Origin: Vitrella brassicaformis CCMP3155
Taxonomy: Eukaryota > Protista > Chromerida
Assembly: GCA_001179505.1 (NCBI GenBank)
Contig: CDMY01000483.1
Span: forward strand, 1-64,000
Direction: 5' to 3'
Length of the DNA stretch: 64,000 nt
Shown one piece after another: positions 61,385 to 64,000 of the stretch. Every line of letters starts with the position of its first letter. The first letter of the stretch is position 1. The notes below the pieces were generated by a model. That model was not told where the DNA came from and did not search any database. It was given only the letters and a program-made list of their open reading frames with translations. Made by a program: the position numbers and the translations under genes.

Positions 61385-63262
61385 ATGGGCCGTCTGGGAG
61401 TCCCTTCTCTCGCCCTGTCTGCTCTCGTCATCGTCAGCTGCAAGGCAGTGACCATCGAAGAGACGTGAGACGCTCACAGAAGACCCCAGTGTCACTGCAA
61501 AGCTCATGTCATGATTGTAGCGCATGTGTGTATGTGCAATGCCATGTACGCATGCAGCTCGGGCGCCTCGTCGGGTTTCTTCAATGTCACTGCTGACGAG
61601 CCGGTCTGCTGCCTGCACAGCAAAAAGATGACGGTGGGTATGGCCATGCATGCATGCAATGATGGAGGCAGAGGACAGAGCGAGGCACCATTGGCGAGGC
61701 ATTTGTGTACGGCTGTCTCCTCCTTCCTCTGCAGCTCCAGGAGCTCTACGACGACGCCTATCAAACCGCAGCCGTGTACGCACATATCTCACATGAATCA
61801 CTGACAAACGTGACAAACCGCATGTGCTCATTCTTTCGCAGTTTGGTTCAGGACGACCGGAAGACCGGCCGTATCACTGCCTTCGGGAGCCGAGCGATGG
61901 TCTTCGCATCTGCAGTGAGCAGGACACGTGTGAGAACATAGACACACGAGGGCACGCGTGTTTGTGTGTTTAGAAAGCCGCGGTGGCTGCGGCGCTGCTG
62001 AACACGGCTGAGGCGTACGAGGATGTTGCTGAGGTGACGACACGTTTTGTATGTCTCTGCCGCGTGATGCGGTCGTATCTTTGGTCTGTGTCCCTCCAGT
62101 TGTGTGAGCTTGTGGATGACCTCTACGCCAGAGGATGGTTTGTCACCCAATTCAACGGCCTCAATCCCTTTTACCCGCAGGCGTAGAGAAGGGGTGGCAT
62201 ACACTGATTCTCGTCCGTCGACTCATGTGTATGTCAGGTTCAGCCAATACTATAAGGGCCATGTTCATTGGGGTGACACGACTCACTACCTTCGCGCATA
62301 TGCGAGGTGGGCAGCTGAGACGGCCAACAAAGCCAAGGGAGTGGTGCTCAGCAAGAAAGGCAAAGACACCAGCAAGGCCAAGAACGCGATCGAGAAAGCG
62401 CAGGCCAAGGCTCTGGAGGCTGCCGTCAACCTCTTCAATCGGGTTTGTCACTTCATTGTCCTTTCCGGGCGTTGCGTATGGATAAAAGGGTGTGTCTCTT
62501 GAGTGTCTCTGTGCGTGTGTGTGTTTAGGCCGTGAAAGTCCGCAATTTGCAGGATAATCTTGTGGAGAAGATCGGAGACTTGGCATTTTCCATTGATGGA
62601 GGCATATACAAGGTAAGACTAGATCCACAGCGCCGAACCGGATGTCTCTCTCTCCCCCTTCCTACGATTTACTGGCTCCTCACATGTATTCTGTCGCCAG
62701 TGGAGCGAGGAATACGCTCATCTGCTGCACCCCAAACGAGTCTTCGTGCCCAAAGACAAGCTCCCTGAGCCGGACAAACCCATCCTGGAAATCAAAGCAA
62801 AGGACTACTTGCAAACCACCAAAGTCGAGGATTTCATCCAAACCAACGCACCCAAGGCGGCCACTACGGTGACAGGCCCTCATCGCATGACTGCAGAGGC
62901 ACTTTGCTTGTCACATCTACCGGCCGGCCACTTTCTGCTGAAGGCCTATGAAGGGGCATGCGAGGCGTTCAACATCCTGGACGAGCCAAGCCATGTAAGA
63001 GGACGTACCGACTCAATATTGCGTTCGCTCTTTGCCTCCCATGTTTTTCATTTGCGCACGTGTGTGTCGGCAGGATGATGTGGCTGCTCTGCGAAAGTTG
63101 CCCTACCGCGTGCCCGAGGACATGTCTCCAAGCACCAACTTTATCTGCCGCGAGAAGGACGTCGAGAAGGGGAGCAAGAAGGGCCGCGGCGGGGCTGCCT
63201 GCAACCTTCTCGGGGCCTGTTTGATGTGTACGGGAGCTGTTCTTCAACTGTTTTTTCATTAG
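61385..63262 (+). CDS. Hypothetical secreted, probably GPI-anchored surface protein (multi-exon)
   Basis: Signal-like MGRLGVPSLALSALVIVSCKA; helical exons LQELYDDAYQTAA, LCELVDDLYARGWF, YLRAYARWAAETANKAKG; C-terminal small residues plus hydrophobic tail GRGGAACNLLGACLMCTGAVLQLFFH*. Confidence 0.6.
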
Positions 63263-64000
63263 CGCACCCTGGCCATCCGTTGAGGAGGGAATTCATGGGA
63301 GTGGTTTGTTCTTCCTTACTTTCTGTCTGCCTGCCTGCCTGCCTGCCTGCCTGACGGGCTGTGAGTGTAGGAGTTGGCGGTGTTGCCTGCCTGCACTCCA
63401 ACCACTCCCGCATGTCCTCCTGACTCACTCACTCACTCACTCACCATCTTGCTGGCTGTCTGACGGGAGCAGGAGAGACACGAGACACTCTTTCTTTTGC
63501 GATGCGAAGACTCTTTACTTTTGTCGTGCGATGGACCACCAATGGGCTCATGAACGAGCACATGTGTGTATTGCTCCCCCTGTGGCCGAACGTGAAAGTG
63601 CCTCTTCTTTCGACGAGAGACACGAACGTCCATCACAGGTTGTCCAACGGCGCATGGCAGAGGCCAGCTGGTTGTGTCGTCCATCGACTCACTGATTCGT
63701 CGGCGGTGTGGTGTGTCTGACGTGCGTGCAATGGTTAATCTGTACACACACACAGATGAAGTGTCCACCGACATATGTCCATCCATCCATCCATAAACTC
63801 ATTGACGCACCAGCTACAGCCCCCCTCTCACCCTCATCCGGTCCAACTGGGGCACACCCATCCATCGGTAATACACACACTACACACATGCCCTCCTCCC
63901 CAACTCACTGGCCCGTGTTAGCCACACGCACGTCACGTCAGCTCGCCTAGCCCACCTGCACGCTGCACACAACACAATATACACACCCAACAGAGAGGGA

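Noticed and set aside
63433-64000. Possible minus-strand exons at the window end
   Set aside because: No motif and no consistent splice path could be established.

Overview
Intron-rich, GC-rich eukaryotic (not prokaryotic) DNA. Short exons are separated by introns full of (CA)n/(TG)n, (CAGA)n, (GGAT)n and (GAGT)n microsatellites. This style and the gene content suggest a chromerid alveolate such as Vitrella, which is an inference. Most raw ORFs are artefacts of unspliced introns, so genes were rebuilt by hand from GT-AG boundaries and motifs. Recognisable genes: a kinase-fold pseudokinase, a ubiquitin-like + RING protein, a Sir2 sirtuin, a low-complexity RRM protein, a coiled-coil gene and its rearranged inverted duplicate fused to two WW domains, a frameshifted subtilisin-PAN gene, a phospholipid scramblase, an M20 amidohydrolase, SDA1, four BTB-BTB-TLDc paralogs and a probable GPI-anchored surface protein. 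There are three 300-N gaps. No rRNA, tRNA or CRISPR array was found. Main leads: self-complementary CA...TG introns, the mosaic BTB-TLDc cluster, an in-frame chimeric new gene, a dispersed 21-bp motif that may be a Helitron end, and apparently compensating frameshifts in the subtilase. Exon boundaries are manual and approximate.
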